Shown: positions 9,064 through 19,262, counted from the first letter of the stretch. The stretch: 64,000 nucleotides of DNA from Desulfosudaceae bacterium (GCA_963674745.2 CAXXDV010000001.1:1344001-1408000), one strand, 5' to 3'. Numbers and translations: made by a program. Notes: generated by a model from the letters alone, not told the origin.

Positions 9064-11562
9064 ATGCCGGAAATTCATCCTTTCAACCAGCGGTATAAAC
9101 ATCTGATCCTCAACGCTGACTATGAAATCTGTATTGAGCGGGCCCGGTACTATACGGAAAGCTTCAAGCAGACCGAAGGAGAACATCCTTCCGTACGCGC
9201 GGCCAGGGCCCTGCGTCATACCCTGTCCAACATGACGCTTTATATCCTGGACGGCGAAGCGATCGCAGGCAACCGCTCCAGCAAGATCACCGGCGTGGTG
9301 TTGCCGGTTGAGAGGGGCGATGTGAATGTGATTCTGGACATGGAACTCGAACCCCTGCTGCGCCGAAAGCGTCAGCCGTTTTATATTGATCCGGAGGACC
9401 GCAACGTTCTGGATCAGGAAATTCTGCCGTACTGGCGCGGCAGAACCGTGCGGGACGGCAAAAAAGCAGCCTGGAAAGCCAATGGCCTGAACTTTAAACC
9501 GGCCCTCAACCCTTTCAGTATCGGTAAAAGATTTAGGGGATTAGACCTGGGTCGGTTGAAGAAATCGGCCGCAGTGCCCGGTGCGGGTTTGGATTATGCG
9601 GTTAAAGGTATGAGGGAGCTGCTTCACAACAACCCGGCCATGGTCATGAATGTGTTTGACGTGCAGGGGCATCTGATCCTGGGCTTGAAAAATGTTCTGG
9701 CCGAAGGTTTTTCAGGCATCAAAGCCCGGGCAGAAGCAAGGCTGGAAAAAGCAAGACAGGACAACGATACTGACGGCCTCGGTTTCCTGGAAGGGGTCCT
9801 CATCAGTTGCGAGGCCATCGAAATACTGGCCAACCGCCTGGCCGACCTGGCCACGGAAAAAGCCGATGCGGCTATCGACCCGGCGGATAAAGAGCGGTTG
9901 CGGGCCATTGCCGAACGTTGCCGGCATGTTCCCATGAACCCGCCACGGAATTTTTACGAAGCCGTGCAGGCCATGTGGCTGACCCTGGTCGGCGGCCTGG
10001 TGGCCCACGGCATGGTCGGTATCCTGGCCATCGGCCGTTTTGACCAGTACCTTTATCCCTGGTACGCCAAAGACAGAAAAGCGGGTCGGTTGACCGACGA
10101 GCAGGCCGTCCGGATTGTTGAAGAACTGCTGATCAAGTGCGCTGCCAATCTCATGATTCTGCCCTATGCCGGGAAAAATACAGGAAACGAGTTGGGATCG
10201 GACAGTTGCGTGCCCACGGTTGGCGGCCTGGATGCCGACGGTAACGACGCCGTCAATGAGTTGTCGGGAATTATTCTGGACGCCTTTGCCAATGTCAAGT
10301 CCCTTGGCAACAGCTTTACCATCCGGCTTTCGGAAAAATCACCCCAATGGTTCTGGGAAAAAGCACTGGCCACTTTTCGTCGGACCTCCGGGGCGGCCCT
10401 GTTCAACGATGAAATGGTGGTCAGGTCTCTTGAAAAATGCGGCATGCCGACCGCTGATGCCCGGGATTATGGTGTCATCGGGTGCGTGGAGCCCACCGGT
10501 GACGGTAATACCTTTGGATGCACCTCGGGTAACGATATCTCCCTGGCCGCGGCCATGGAAATGGCCTTGAATAATGGTTACCTGCGGATCATGGGCAAAC
10601 GCATCGGGCCGGCCACCGGCAATGCCCGCAAATTTAAAAATTTTGAAGACCTGGTGCACGCTTTTAACCGTCAGGTGGCCTTTATGGTGGATACCGTCGC
10701 CAGGGCGGTTAATTTAAAAGACGAGGTGTATCGCAAGGGGTTTCATAATCCCTATATTTCCGCCACCCTGACCGGATGCGTCGAAAATGCACGGGACATG
10801 ACCTGCGGCGGGGCCAGATACAACTTTGCCTCTATCAGTGGCCGGGGGTTGGGAACGGCTGTGGATTCCCTGGCGGCGATCAAGTATTTCGTGTTTGACA
10901 AAGACGAGATTTCAATGACGGCCCTGCTGGATATGCTGGACAACAATTTCAGCAAACACGAGGTGTTTCGCCAGAGGCTGCTTCACCAGGCGCCCAAATA
11001 CGGTGCCGACAATGGCGAAGCCGACGCTATAGCCGCCAGGGTATGTGCCTTTTTTTGCGACCAGGTATCCGGCCATCAGTCCATTCGCAACGGACCTTTC
11101 CGGCCGAGCTTTTTTTCCTACGGCATGCACGTGCTGGAAGGCCTGTATATCGGGGCACTGCCCAACGGGAGAAAAGCGGGAGAGCCGGTTTCAAACAGTT
11201 TTTCGCCGTCCAATGGAACGGAAAAAAAGGGGCCGACAGGCGTGCTGCGTTCCGTGACCCGGGTGGATCATACCCGGATTTCCAACGGACTGGCCGTCAA
11301 CATCAAGCTGTCGCCGGCCCTGTTTGCCGGTAAAGAACGGCTGGAAAAAATGGTCGCCCTGGTCAAAGGCTATTTTGCCGAAGGCGGTATGGAGGTCTCG
11401 CTTAATGTGGTTTCCAATCAGGACTTAAAAGCCGCCCAGCAGCATCCGGAACAGTACCAGGACCTGGTGGTGCGGGTGTCGGGCTATTCCGCCCTGTTTA
11501 CGGACCTGGGCAAGCCGTTGCAGGATGAGATTATCAGCCGCACCGAATTCGGAGAAGCATGA
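9064..11562 (+). CDS. Glycyl radical enzyme (PFL superfamily, eliminase-like)
   Basis: C-terminal LVVRVSGYS glycyl motif, YGVIGCVEP Cys loop, GRFDQYLYP, ERARYYTES. Confidence 0.95.
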   Translation: MPEIHPFNQRYKHLILNADYEICIERARYYTESFKQTEGEHPSVRAARALRHTLSNMTLYILDGEAIAGNRSSKITGVVLPVERGDVNVILDMELEPLLRRKRQPFYIDPEDRNVLDQEILPYWRGRTVRDGKKAAWKANGLNFKPALNPFSIGKRFRGLDLGRLKKSAAVPGAGLDYAVKGMRELLHNNPAMVMNVFDVQGHLILGLKNVLAEGFSGIKARAEARLEKARQDNDTDGLGFLEGVLISCEAIEILANRLADLATEKADAAIDPADKERLRAIAERCRHVPMNPPRNFYEAVQAMWLTLVGGLVAHGMVGILAIGRFDQYLYPWYAKDRKAGRLTDEQAVRIVEELLIKCAANLMILPYAGKNTGNELGSDSCVPTVGGLDADGNDAVNELSGIILDAFANVKSLGNSFTIRLSEKSPQWFWEKALATFRRTSGAALFNDEMVVRSLEKCGMPTADARDYGVIGCVEPTGDGNTFGCTSGNDISLAAAMEMALNNGYLRIMGKRIGPATGNARKFKNFEDLVHAFNRQVAFMVDTVARAVNLKDEVYRKGFHNPYISATLTGCVENARDMTCGGARYNFASISGRGLGTAVDSLAAIKYFVFDKDEISMTALLDMLDNNFSKHEVFRQRLLHQAPKYGADNGEADAIAARVCAFFCDQVSGHQSIRNGPFRPSFFSYGMHVLEGLYIGALPNGRKAGEPVSNSFSPSNGTEKKGPTGVLRSVTRVDHTRISNGLAVNIKLSPALFAGKERLEKMVALVKGYFAEGGMEVSLNVVSNQDLKAAQQHPEQYQDLVVRVSGYSALFTDLGKPLQDEIISRTEFGEA

Positions 11563-11802
11563 TGGCTTTGTTAAACGCCCAAGATCGGCGTTGCGCTTCG
11601 CCCCTCGGAATTTCAACGTGCACATTATGTGTTGACAGCCGAATTCGCAGACAAAACAAAAGTCCAAAACAAACGGGTCGCAAAAGGCGGATACAAAGTA
11701 AACGCCGGTGTTTTTGAAAAATTCATCAAGACACAGACAACCAGGTTGTTTTTATAGTTGCACAAACATCTTGATGCCGGTGTCAAACCGGCCAGAGGAA
11801 AC

Positions 11803-12531
11803 ATGGACAAAAAACGCGTTCAAATGAAAGTTTTGCTGGGAATGATGGCGGTTCTGGAAAAACATCCCCTGCTGGTCAGGATTTTTTTGCGGCCGCTGAC
11901 GAAAATACCCTGGCTTTCGAAAAAGATGATGGTGCTGCCCAGGGCCTATATGGGTGCCACGGCCTTTGAGATTCACGATGTGGACCTGAAAAACGGACGC
12001 ATCGGCATCGGCGGCGTGGAAGAAATCATGGCCGGCGCCAAGATCATTCATCTGCTGCATACCACCCTGGCGTCCCGGATGTCGGAGGAAGAAAAAAACA
12101 AAGCCCTGTATGACATGGGGGTGACCCTGTGTACCTGGGAAGTGACCCGGGCCCTGGAAGGCGGCCGCTGGGCGCCTTCTTTTCTGGTTCCGCTGATCGC
12201 CAACAGCCTCATCCTGGATGAGGTCCGCACCGATCCCCTGGTGGCGCGGTTTTTTGAAAAAACCATGAACATGATGTCCCGTTTGATCACCGACGAAGGC
12301 GGATGGGGGCACCTGGCGTTTGATTTTTCAGCCCAACCCATGCGGGTCACCCTGCTCAACTCCCAGGAAGCCCGCTGGCTGCGGCCGTCGGATAAGCCGG
12401 TCTGTCATTTTTATGCCGGGATCGTGGCCGGTTACGCCGGCACCATTTCCGGCCGGCCGATTACCGTCCGTGAGGTGGACTGCCGGGCCATGGGGGCGGA
12501 TAAATGCGTTTTCCATTTGTTTGAGGAATAA
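11803..12531 (+). CDS. Stand-alone V4R (XylR/DmpR-like sensor fold) domain protein
   Basis: ATG at 11803 with AGAGGA RBS. GWGH, PVCHFYAGIVAG, VREVDCRAMGADKCVF. Confidence 0.82.
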   Translation: MDKKRVQMKVLLGMMAVLEKHPLLVRIFLRPLTKIPWLSKKMMVLPRAYMGATAFEIHDVDLKNGRIGIGGVEEIMAGAKIIHLLHTTLASRMSEEEKNKALYDMGVTLCTWEVTRALEGGRWAPSFLVPLIANSLILDEVRTDPLVARFFEKTMNMMSRLITDEGGWGHLAFDFSAQPMRVTLLNSQEARWLRPSDKPVCHFYAGIVAGYAGTISGRPITVREVDCRAMGADKCVFHLFEE

Positions 12532-12548
12532 GGGCGGATAACAAAAAA

Positions 12549-13580
12549 ATGGTCAAACGAATCCTGGCCGCCTTTGTGGTCCTTGTCTTTCTGTTTCACG
12601 CGGGATGGTATGCCATTACCATTGAGAAAACCCGCGCCGGGATACTGAACGATACGGTTATTGATAAATTTCAAGACAAGATGATGGCCCGGATAGGCCT
12701 TAAGCTGGGCAAATCAGTGATTGAAGAGGCCTATGTTGAAGCCAACGGCATTCGCCTGCACCTGGATATTCTGGCCGCTGCCCCCGAAGCACCCGTTCTG
12801 GTTTTTATTCCCGGTACGGCCGTTCACACCCGGGTCTATATAGAACTGATGCATGCCCTTTACCGGAGGGGTATTACCGTCATCGGTTTTGATCCCCGGG
12901 GGCACGGTCGCAGCAGCGGAACGCGAGGTGATTACACCATCAACGAAATCGTGGATGACACCCTGGCCGTGGTTACTTATGCCCGGATTCGCTTCAAGGG
13001 ACGGGTGGCCGTTGCCGGCAGCAGCCAGGGCGGAATCGCGGCTTTTTATGCCGCCGCCCGGGACCCATCTCTGGCCGCGGCGGTATGTCACAACATGGCC
13101 GACCTAAACGGCCGGGACAACCTGCAGCTTGCCCGGATAAAAATTCCGGCCTGGATGGTCTCCACCAACCTTTTTCTGATCAAATTTTACGGCCGGTTTG
13201 CCGTTCCCATATCGTTGTACCTGGACCTGAGCCGGGAACACTTAAAAGACGGCACGGATGCCAAAACATATATATACGAGGACCCCCTGTGTAACACCTG
13301 GGTGACCTTAAGGGCCCTGGGCTCTTTGATGAAGACCGGTCTGGCCAGACCCGTGGAAGAGATCACCGTGCCGATCATGCTGATTCATTCCGATGGGGAC
13401 CATATTTTTCCACAAAAATATGTGGAGGGTATTTATCAACGGCTGAACTGCTCCAAGGCCTATCTGCTGGTAGAAGGCCGCGAGCACCTGGTGATGACCA
13501 ATCATGTGGACGAGGTGGCGCCATCTATTGCCAACTGGCTCAAAATAATGACCCGGCGACCGGTCGGGGACAGCAATTAG
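12549..13580 (+). CDS. Alpha/beta hydrolase (lysophospholipase-like) with N-terminal membrane/signal segment
   Basis: FDPRGHGRS, nucleophile GSSQGG, HSDGD acid, C-terminal His (REHLV). Confidence 0.9.
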   Translation: MVKRILAAFVVLVFLFHAGWYAITIEKTRAGILNDTVIDKFQDKMMARIGLKLGKSVIEEAYVEANGIRLHLDILAAAPEAPVLVFIPGTAVHTRVYIELMHALYRRGITVIGFDPRGHGRSSGTRGDYTINEIVDDTLAVVTYARIRFKGRVAVAGSSQGGIAAFYAAARDPSLAAAVCHNMADLNGRDNLQLARIKIPAWMVSTNLFLIKFYGRFAVPISLYLDLSREHLKDGTDAKTYIYEDPLCNTWVTLRALGSLMKTGLARPVEEITVPIMLIHSDGDHIFPQKYVEGIYQRLNCSKAYLLVEGREHLVMTNHVDEVAPSIANWLKIMTRRPVGDSN

Positions 13581-13617
13581 ATATGCTTTGAAGAATTTGA
13601 ACAAACCCTTGTTTTTG

Positions 13618-13652
13618 AAGGGGTCAAGGATTCGAGGGTTCAAGGGGTCAAG
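13618..13652. repeat. Degenerate 8-bp tandem repeat (4 copies)
   Basis: aaggggtc-aaggattc-gagggttc-aaggggtc-aag. Confidence 0.6.
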
Positions 13653-13675
13653 ATAAAGAAAGGAGCAATGTTAAT

Positions 13676-15103
13676 ATGGTCTTGTCAGCCATAAACGGTT
13701 TATATACCGACTTTTACGAACTGACCATGGCCCAGGGTTATTTCCTTTCCGGCAAAAAAGAGGATACAGCCGTGTTCGATTATTTTTTTCGGGCCAACCC
13801 GTTTGACGGCGGGTACGTGATTTTTGCCGGGCTGGATAATCTGCTTCAGGCTTTGATGGGCTTTACCTATAGCGAAGATGACCTTGACTATCTGGCCCAA
13901 AAAGGCTTTTCAAGCGAATTCCTTTCCTTCTTAAAGGACTTTCAGTTTCAGGGAACGGTCAGCAGTGTCCGTGAAGGGGAAGTGGTATTTCCTCTGGCGC
14001 CCCTGGTTCGGGTGGAAGGCACGATTATCGAATGTCAGTTGATTGAAACCCTGCTGTTGAATTTTTTAAACTTTGAATCCCTGATCGCCACCAAGGCGTC
14101 TCGTGTCCGGCGGGTGGCCGGCGAGCGGCCCGTGGCCGATTTTGGTTTAAGGCGGGCCCAGGGCCTCGGCGGGTTGCAGGCCAGCCGGGCGGCCTTTGTC
14201 GGCGGTCTGGATGCCACCTCAAATGTGCTGGCCGGACGAAATTTCAACATACCGGTAACCGGCACTCAGGCCCATTCCTGGATTCAGGGTTTTGACAGTG
14301 AACTGGCGGCCTTTCGGACTTATGCCCGGCTCTATCCGGACAATACCGTTCTGCTGGTGGACACCTATGACACGCTGGGCAGCGGCCTGCCCAATGCCAT
14401 TAAGGTGGGGCTTGAGTTAAAAGAAAACGGACAGACCTTAAAAGCCATTCGTCTGGACAGCGGTGATCTGGCTTATTTAAGCAAACAGGCCCGGAAGATG
14501 CTCGACGCGTCCGGGTTGATCGAAACAAAAATTTTGGCCTCCAACCAGCTGGACGAATACCTCATCCGGAGCCTGAACGAACAACAGGCACCGGTGGACG
14601 GTTTCGGCGTCGGAACCGAGCTGGTCACCGGTAGGGCCACGGCCGCACTGGACGGGGTGTATAAGCTTTCCGCGTTTAACGGCCATCCGACCTTGAAGCT
14701 GTCCAACACCCTTGAAAAAATTTCCCTGCCGGCCAGAAAGGAAACCTTCCGGTTTTTCAATGGCGACGGAAATTTTTATGCCGACTGCGTCTGTCTGGCC
14801 GACGAAGCCCGGCCTGAAATGATGGTTCACCCTTATGAGCCGGACAAGCGTTGTTCTTTGGTCGGACTGACGGCTGATCCCCTGATTGACACCGTCATGG
14901 AGAACGGTCGGATTGTCAAACAGGTCAGCGGCGTCAGAGAAATAAGAAAATTCTCCAGGAACCGTCTGGCCCTGGTGCCGCAGGAACACCTGCGGTTTGA
15001 AATGCCGCACATATACAAAGTGGGGGTGTCGCCGGGGCTGGCAGCGCTTCGGGATGAATTGACGGTTTTATTAAAAAAAAATGCGAAACATGATGGTTCA
15101 TAA
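13676..15103 (+). CDS. pncB: Nicotinate phosphoribosyltransferase
   Basis: LYTDFYELTMAQ, DFGLRRAQG, GTQAHSW, LLVDTYDT, IRLDSGDL; adjacent to pncA. Confidence 0.96.
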   Translation: MVLSAINGLYTDFYELTMAQGYFLSGKKEDTAVFDYFFRANPFDGGYVIFAGLDNLLQALMGFTYSEDDLDYLAQKGFSSEFLSFLKDFQFQGTVSSVREGEVVFPLAPLVRVEGTIIECQLIETLLLNFLNFESLIATKASRVRRVAGERPVADFGLRRAQGLGGLQASRAAFVGGLDATSNVLAGRNFNIPVTGTQAHSWIQGFDSELAAFRTYARLYPDNTVLLVDTYDTLGSGLPNAIKVGLELKENGQTLKAIRLDSGDLAYLSKQARKMLDASGLIETKILASNQLDEYLIRSLNEQQAPVDGFGVGTELVTGRATAALDGVYKLSAFNGHPTLKLSNTLEKISLPARKETFRFFNGDGNFYADCVCLADEARPEMMVHPYEPDKRCSLVGLTADPLIDTVMENGRIVKQVSGVREIRKFSRNRLALVPQEHLRFEMPHIYKVGVSPGLAALRDELTVLLKKNAKHDGS

Positions 15104-15232
15104 AAGTCAATTAATGATTGAGTTTAGAGGGATTTTAGCGGAAAACAGGATAAGGGGCATTTCTGCGGTTCCTTAACAGAAGGGAAAAGACATAAGGCGT
15201 ATGAGGTCAAAGGGGAAAAAAAGGAGGCAGGC

Positions 15233-15784
15233 ATGAAAGCCATTCTGGTCAATGATGTTCAGAATGATTTTTGCCCCGGGGGGGCGCTGGCGGTTCCGGA
15301 AGGAGATCATATTGTGCCGGTCATCAATGAGCTGATGAATCATTTCGATCTGGTGCTGGCGTCACGGGACTGGCACCCGGAAGAAAGTCATCATTTTGAA
15401 TACTGGCCGGCGCATTGTGTGCAAAACACCGAGGGAGCGGATTATCATGGTGATCTGAATACCGCAAAGATCAATCTGGAGCTGTTCAAGGGGACTCAAA
15501 ACGCGGATGACGGCTACTCGGCTTTTGAGGCCACCAACATGAGCCTGCTTCAGTCGCTGCGGGACAACGGTGTCACCGAGTTGTATGTAACCGGTATTGC
15601 CACGGAATTTTGTATAAAAGCAACCGTGCTCGAGGCGCTTAAGAACCAGATTCGTACGTTTGTCATTACCGATGCCGTCAAGGGCATAGAAGCGTTCCCG
15701 GGAGATTCGAAAAAAGCGCTGGCAGAAATGGAACAGGCCGGTGCCACGCTGATTTCATCAAAGGCGATTATCAATCATGAATAA
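15233..15784 (+). CDS. pncA: Nicotinamidase/pyrazinamidase
   Basis: DVQNDFCPGGALAV, DWHP..H, WPAHCVQ, KG...DGYSAF, GIATEFC. Confidence 0.94.
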   Translation: MKAILVNDVQNDFCPGGALAVPEGDHIVPVINELMNHFDLVLASRDWHPEESHHFEYWPAHCVQNTEGADYHGDLNTAKINLELFKGTQNADDGYSAFEATNMSLLQSLRDNGVTELYVTGIATEFCIKATVLEALKNQIRTFVITDAVKGIEAFPGDSKKALAEMEQAGATLISSKAIINHE

Positions 15785-16382
15785 AGAGAACGCAGCCCGG
15801 CCGGACGGCCGCCGGGCCCGGTCCGATCGATCGCGCAACGCCATTGCCACCGCCATGCTGGAATTGATCGTGGAGGGAACACCCCATCCCTCCGCCCGGC
15901 AGGCGGCCGAACGGGCCGGCGTGTCGCCTCGCCTGGTGTTTCATCATTTTAAAGACATGGAAGCGCTTTATGGACGGTTGATGACCCTCCAGTCAGAGCG
16001 GTTGCGCCCCTTGATGGAAATGGATATGGCGCTTCATGCGCCGTTTGAGGAGCGACTGTCCGTTTTTGCGGATCATCGTGTCACGATCCTGGAATTTATT
16101 TCTCCGATCAGAAAAGTGATTATCGGCACCGAGGTTACGTCGCCGGTTATCGCCGCCGAACTGGACCTTTTCAGGGAAATTAAACGTAAACAGGCAGCGG
16201 CTGTTTTTGCACCGGAACTGTCCCGGCTGACGGCTGAAGAAGCAGGCCTGGCCGCTTCGGCCCTCCAATTGGCCACGTCCTGGTCTGCCTGGCATTCGCT
16301 CCGTCATCACCAGAAATTGCCGCTGGAAAAAGCCGAAACCGTTCTGATTCAAATGATCCGCAGCATTTTAAAAATGCCATGA
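15777..16382 (+). CDS. TetR/AcrR-family transcriptional regulator
   Basis: N-terminal HTH AAERAGVSPRLVFHHFKDMEAL; overlaps the pncA end. Confidence 0.9.
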   Translation: MNKENAARPDGRRARSDRSRNAIATAMLELIVEGTPHPSARQAAERAGVSPRLVFHHFKDMEALYGRLMTLQSERLRPLMEMDMALHAPFEERLSVFADHRVTILEFISPIRKVIIGTEVTSPVIAAELDLFREIKRKQAAAVFAPELSRLTAEEAGLAASALQLATSWSAWHSLRHHQKLPLEKAETVLIQMIRSILKMP

Positions 16383-16413
16383 ACCGTTTAACCGCATTAT
16401 TTGCAGGGATACC

Positions 16414-17544
16414 ATGAGCATATCAAAAGAAGACATTGTCAAAGAGGCGCATCGCCAGGGGTTTGAAGATGTCGGGTTTACCACGGCCGAACCTTTCGAC
16501 CAGCACAAAACGTTTCTGCTGGAAAGACAGGCGGAATACGGCTGGGCCGAAGCCGTGGGCCTCGACCTGTTAAAAGGAACAGACCCGGCCAACATTCTTC
16601 CCGGGGCCAGAACCATTATTGTCCTGATAGAAAACTATTTTAACCGGTCCTACCCCCGCTCCATCGAGGGCCTTTTCGGCCGCTGTTATCTTGATGACGA
16701 TCGGGTCACAAAGGACGGGTTGACCGTACGGATAAAATCTTTTCGGGCTTTTTTAAGAGACAACGGCATTAATACCAAGGTGCCCTTCAACCTGCCCCAT
16801 CGGGTGGCGGCCGCCCGGGCCGGCCTGGGTACGTTCGGTAAAAACTGCCTGTTTTACGCCCACCGGGTGGTGCGGGGCGGATCCTGGACCCTGCCCATCG
16901 CGGTGGTGGTGGACCGGGAATTTGAGCCGGACGAGCCGACCCTTGAAATGGGTTGCCCGGACTGGTGCCGCAGCGTCTGTGTTGCCGCCTGCCCCACCCG
17001 GGCGTTGAAAGGAAACGGTCGCATTGACCCCCGTAAATGTATTTCTTTTCTGACCTATTTCGGTCAGGGCATCACGCCCCTTGAGCTGCGGGAACCCATG
17101 GGTATGTTTGTTTATGGCTGTGATCGCTGCCAGAACGTATGTCCCCGCAATCAGCCCTGGCTGACCAAAACCCTTCCCCTCAACGAAAAGGTGGTCGCCA
17201 AGGCGGATAGTTTCGAACTGCCGGCCCTTCTGCACATGGACAAGACCTATTTCCATGAAAGGGTCTGGCCGCATATGTTTTATATGACCTTTGACGACGT
17301 CTGGCGCTGGCGGATGAACGTGGCCCGTGTGATGGGCAACAGCCGGGATACCATGTATACGACAGATCTGATCCGGGCCTTTGATGAAAACCCGGATGAC
17401 CGGGTAAGGGCAATGTGCGCCTGGGCGCTGGGCCGGATCGGGGGTGAAAAGGCCCGTTCGGCCTTGAGCGGTTTTTCCGGCCGTGACGACCTGACCCCAC
17501 CGGTTTTGCAGGAGGTGACACTGGCCCTGGACGCCGCACGTTAA
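16414..17544 (+). CDS. queG: Epoxyqueuosine reductase QueG-like protein with C-terminal HEAT repeat
   Basis: AARAGLGTFGKN, C...C...CVAACPT, IDPRKCISFLT, GCDRCQNVCP, CAWALGRIG. Orthology to true QueG not proven. Confidence 0.75.
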   Translation: MSISKEDIVKEAHRQGFEDVGFTTAEPFDQHKTFLLERQAEYGWAEAVGLDLLKGTDPANILPGARTIIVLIENYFNRSYPRSIEGLFGRCYLDDDRVTKDGLTVRIKSFRAFLRDNGINTKVPFNLPHRVAAARAGLGTFGKNCLFYAHRVVRGGSWTLPIAVVVDREFEPDEPTLEMGCPDWCRSVCVAACPTRALKGNGRIDPRKCISFLTYFGQGITPLELREPMGMFVYGCDRCQNVCPRNQPWLTKTLPLNEKVVAKADSFELPALLHMDKTYFHERVWPHMFYMTFDDVWRWRMNVARVMGNSRDTMYTTDLIRAFDENPDDRVRAMCAWALGRIGGEKARSALSGFSGRDDLTPPVLQEVTLALDAAR

Positions 17545-17582
17545 AACATCTTAAAAACCTAACGACATAAGGAGGTTCTGCC

Positions 17583-18068
17583 TTGAGTAAACAACAATGG
17601 GATGCCGCACCGGCAATGGAAATCGATCCGGAAAAAACATACCGGGTGACCATGGAAACCAGCAAGGGCGTGATTGAGCTTGCTCTCTATCCTGAGCATG
17701 CGCCTAAGACCGTTAATAATTTTGTGTTCCTGGTCCGGCAGGGCTTTTATGACGGTGTCGTGTTTCACCGGGTGATTCCGGACTTTGTCATCCAGGGCGG
17801 CGACCCCACCGGTACCGGCCGGGGCGGCCCGGGCTACCGTTTTGAAGACGAGCTTGAGGGTAACCCGCTCCGGCATGAAACCGGTGCCATTTCCATGGCC
17901 AATGCCGGGCCCAACACCAATGGCAGCCAGTTTTTTATTACCCATTCACCGCAGCCGCATCTGGACGGCAATCACACCGTGTTCGGCAAGGTCATCGACT
18001 GCCAGGACATCGTCAATGCCATCAAGCAGGGCGATGTCATGAAAAAGGTGACCGTCAAAGAAATATAA
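17583..18068 (+). CDS. Cyclophilin-type peptidyl-prolyl cis-trans isomerase
   Basis: [51 protein letters not shown] start with AGGAGG RBS. Confidence 0.95.
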   Translation: MSKQQWDAAPAMEIDPEKTYRVTMETSKGVIELALYPEHAPKTVNNFVFLVRQGFYDGVVFHRVIPDFVIQGGDPTGTGRGGPGYRFEDELEGNPLRHETGAISMANAGPNTNGSQFFITHSPQPHLDGNHTVFGKVIDCQDIVNAIKQGDVMKKVTVKEI

Positions 18069-18086
18069 CCAGGCAAAGGACGGGAT

Positions 18087-19262
18087 ATGAAAAACGACCG
18101 GAGAAAGCTGCGGCAACTGGCCAAAATGATGAACACCAAGAACGAAATTCTGGTGCCGCTGGTCGGGGGGGTCCTGGCGCTCATGGACGTGGTGGCCCTG
18201 CCGGCGGATGTTGATTTCCTGCTGACCTTGGGGCCCGAGCCGCATAAGCGCGATCAGGCCGTGGCCAAAACCGGTATGGCCAAACATGAGGCCCTGGATT
18301 ACCTTGACGGCCTGGTCAAAAAGGGCTGGATCTGGCCGTATACGTTTGAAGACGGTCAAACCGGCTATGAACTGCTGCCCATCGTTGTCGGCTGGTTTGA
18401 AATGCAGCTCTGCCACGGCCGGGAAACCGATCAGGAAAAGGCGTTTGCCCGGGCCGCCGAAGACCTGTTCAATTCCCTGGGCCGGCTGAACGTTTTTCCC
18501 CTGCGCCCGGCCTTTAATTTTTTCACCAGATCCGTCACCAAGCCTTACCAGACCATCGGCGCCATTAAACCGCCGGATGATCCGGCCGGGAAAAATCGTA
18601 CCGTGCCGGTCGACCGCCCCCTGGCGGTGGCGCCCCAGGTGGCCGGCCCGACGCCCTATGTGTCCGAGTTGATCGATCGGCACGGACAAAACAACGCCAT
18701 TGCCGTTATGCACTGTTTCTGCCGTCAATGGCGAAAATTCGTCGACACCCCCTGCCGGTTTGACATTGCCCCGGAAACCTGCGTGGCGGTCGGCCCCATG
18801 GCCAATGATCTTGTCGACCATGGTTTCGGCCGCCGCATCACCCGGCAGGACGCCTTGAAAATTTTCGATGATGTTTCCAGGGCCGGGGCCGTGCATACCC
18901 TGTTTCATGAAAAGGACGACATCCGCCTGCCCAACATCGCTGTCTGCAACTGCTGCTGGGACTGCTGCGGTATTTACGGCAGCTACAATCGGGGGCTGAT
19001 TCCGCTGTATATGAAAAGGTATTACCGAGCCGTGGTCAACCGGCCGGAAGAATGCAAAGCCTGCGGCAAGTGCGTCAAACACTGCCCCACCAACTGCATC
19101 CGGCAGATCGATGAAGGCGTTGTCCTTGACGGTGAAAAATGCATCGGCTGCGGCCAGTGCGCCCTGCAATGCCCCACCGGCGCTATCATGCTGGTTCCGG
19201 ACCAGCGCGATGTGCTGGTGCCCATGGTCAAAAAATCCGAAGCAAGAATTCAGGTGGGTTAA
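18087..19262 (+). CDS. 4Fe-4S dicluster protein with additional Cys motifs
   Basis: HCFCR, ETC, CNCCWDCC, CKACGKCVKHCP, CIGCGQCALQCP. Confidence 0.88.
   Translation: MKNDRRKLRQLAKMMNTKNEILVPLVGGVLALMDVVALPADVDFLLTLGPEPHKRDQAVAKTGMAKHEALDYLDGLVKKGWIWPYTFEDGQTGYELLPIVVGWFEMQLCHGRETDQEKAFARAAEDLFNSLGRLNVFPLRPAFNFFTRSVTKPYQTIGAIKPPDDPAGKNRTVPVDRPLAVAPQVAGPTPYVSELIDRHGQNNAIAVMHCFCRQWRKFVDTPCRFDIAPETCVAVGPMANDLVDHGFGRRITRQDALKIFDDVSRAGAVHTLFHEKDDIRLPNIAVCNCCWDCCGIYGSYNRGLIPLYMKRYYRAVVNRPEECKACGKCVKHCPTNCIRQIDEGVVLDGEKCIGCGQCALQCPTGAIMLVPDQRDVLVPMVKKSEARIQVG

Noticed and set aside
9064..11562. Naming the GRE pflB, cutC or hypD
   Set aside because: No Cys-Cys pair for PFL, and neither the motifs nor the context support a specific known class.
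17946..19169. 407-aa minus-strand ORF
   Set aside because: Antisense shadow of the Fe-S protein gene, with no recognisable motifs.
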